This document shows, piece by piece, positions 62,410-64,000 of a stretch of DNA of 64,000 bases; within the stretch, counting starts at the first letter, position 1; every line of letters begins with the position of its first letter. Made by a program: the position numbers and the translations under genes. The DNA comes from Eledone cirrhosa (Eukaryota), in assembly GCA_964016885.1 (NCBI GenBank), contig OZ024757.1, positions 33,604,001-33,668,000 of the forward strand, read 5' to 3'. Under the pieces are notes generated by a model. It made no database searches. It saw nothing but the letters and a program-made list of their open reading frames with translations, and had not been told where the DNA came from.

Positions 62410-63070
62410 CTTCTTGTCTGTCCACTGAGATTTGTACAGTAGCTGATAACTGTGACCTATTTGTCTGTCCACTTTGAGCCTTGTACAGTAGCTGATGACT
62501 GTGACCTATTTGTCTGTCCACTTTGAGCCTTGTACAGTAGCTGATAACTGTGACCTATTTGTCTGTCCCCTTTGAGCCTTGTACAGTAGCTGATGACTGT
62601 GACCTATTTGTCTGTCCACTTTGAGCCTTGTACAGTAGCTGATGACTGTGACCTATTTGTCTGTCCACTTTGAGCCTTGTACAGTAGCTGATGACTGTGA
62701 CCTATTTGTCTGTCCACTTTGAGCCTTGTACAGTAGCTGATGACTAGTCTTCTTGTCTGTCCACTTTGAGCCTTGTACAGTAGCTGATGACTAGTCTTCT
62801 TGTCTGTCCACTTTGAGCCTTGTACAGTAGCTGATGACTAGTCTTCTTGTCTGTCAAATTTGAGCCTTGTACAGTAGCTGATGACTAGTCTTCTTGTCTG
62901 TCAAATTTGAGCCTTGTATAGTGGCTGATAACAGGGACCTTCTTGTTTGTCCCACTTTGAGCCTTGTACAGTGGCTGATAACTGTGACCTATTTGTCTGT
63001 CCACTTTGAGTCTTGTTTCAGTGATTTTCTTATCTGTCCACTTTGACCCTTGTACAGTAACTGATGACAC
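62410..63070. repeat. 47-49-bp minisatellite (about 13 copies)
   Basis: Unit CTGTCCACTTTGAGCCTTGTACAGTAGCTGATGACTGTGACCTATTTGT with a shorter variant block. Confidence 0.95.
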
Positions 63071-63200
63071 TAATCTTCTGATAAAACAAAGTACCAGTTA
63101 TGCACTGAGGTCGATTTAATCGACTTTCTCCTCCCCAAAATTGTTGGCCTTGTGCCTAAATCAAAAGCCATTATTATTATTATTTCTTCTTCTTCCACAG

Positions 63201-63226
63201 GTTTCATATAACCACAGCATGATCAG
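63201..63226 (+). other. Candidate 26-nt micro-exon of a gene continuing beyond the right edge
   Basis: TTCTTCTTCTTCCACAG|GTTTC...ATGATCAG|GTAAGT: near-consensus acceptor and donor. Confidence 0.5.
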
Positions 63227-64000
63227 GTAAGTGACTAGTTGCTTTCAGCTATTAGCATAGGGAGGTGTATGCCATAAAAAATATCACATAAAATAACATT
63301 ATTTATTGCAAGAAATGTATACTTTCTATATTCCACTTAGTGTCTCATATATATAAACTGTAGAAGCATATATGAAGTGTGTTTTATTATATATTTCTGG
63401 CAATATTATAACAACTTATACGTTAAATAGTGAGAAAAAAACGATTTTGTGTTGGTAGATAATTTAATTCTCTGTCCCCGGACTAGTTTCTGTTACCCCA
63501 TCTGCTGGTAGCAGTCCATGTTGGACTGGTTTGCACAGAAATTAGGTAATGCTATTAAACATTAATTAATCGGCTAAGAGTAACTTAGTAACATTGGCGG
63601 GAAGTTAGCCCTCCTCGGAACAGGTGAAACATCAGGCCACTGTATTTGATGTAAAATTGCCATTACGTAGTCAGTGCCGCTTTAAGTGTCATGTGACAGA
63701 TGTCCGGGAGAAGATATATATATAAATATATGTAATGGGTGCTGTATTGGTGGTCTGGATAACCAAAGATGTGGGGTTGACTCCCATGTATGTCAATATT
63801 CATCTTTTCCATTTATTTAGTCAAAAATACAGCAAAAGCTTCTATTTCTATTTCAAATATCTATATACATATAATGTGTGTGTGTGCATGTAAGTGTGTA
63901 TATGTATATAGAGAGGGAATAAGAAAAGGCAAAAATAGTTTCAGATGTGAAAGTCCTTTATTGATAAGGCTATGATAAATATTTCAAGACGACAGTGGCC

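Noticed and set aside
62410-63070. CTGATGA in most repeat units, suggesting a hammerhead or C/D snoRNA array or CRISPR
   Set aside because: No GAAA or stem III, no terminal stems and no unique spacers; an ordinary minisatellite

Overview
Eukaryotic, AT- and microsatellite-rich DNA. The repeat families point to a coleoid cephalopod, most likely an octopus (inference). Two divergently oriented genes are present. (1) A complete 7-coding-exon DXO/Dom3Z/Rai1 decapping exoribonuclease on + (35906-46116, 399 aa, all intron phases consistent). (2) Part of a TRPC-family channel gene on - (secure exon 8086-8404, candidate upstream exons at 10526-10589 and 27896-28111, an assembly gap between). The rest is transposon and microsatellite sequence: a 5'-truncated frameshifted RTE LINE, CR1 and Tx1-like fragments, three SINE-like families, a piggyBac-type MITE family, a non-autonomous Helitron, and Penelope-like (PLE) RT and GIY-YIG relics. 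The most striking hidden signal is 11 recognisable minimal type-I hammerhead ribozyme motifs plus several decayed ones. They sit in short PLE pseudo-LTR-like islands embedded in (TA)n tracts, often within near-perfect fold-back palindromes. One lies in sense orientation in the last intron of DXO. Nearly all long ORFs in the supplied track (poly-IY, LS, TH and similar) are microsatellite artefacts. Repeat boundaries are approximate and all structures were folded by eye.
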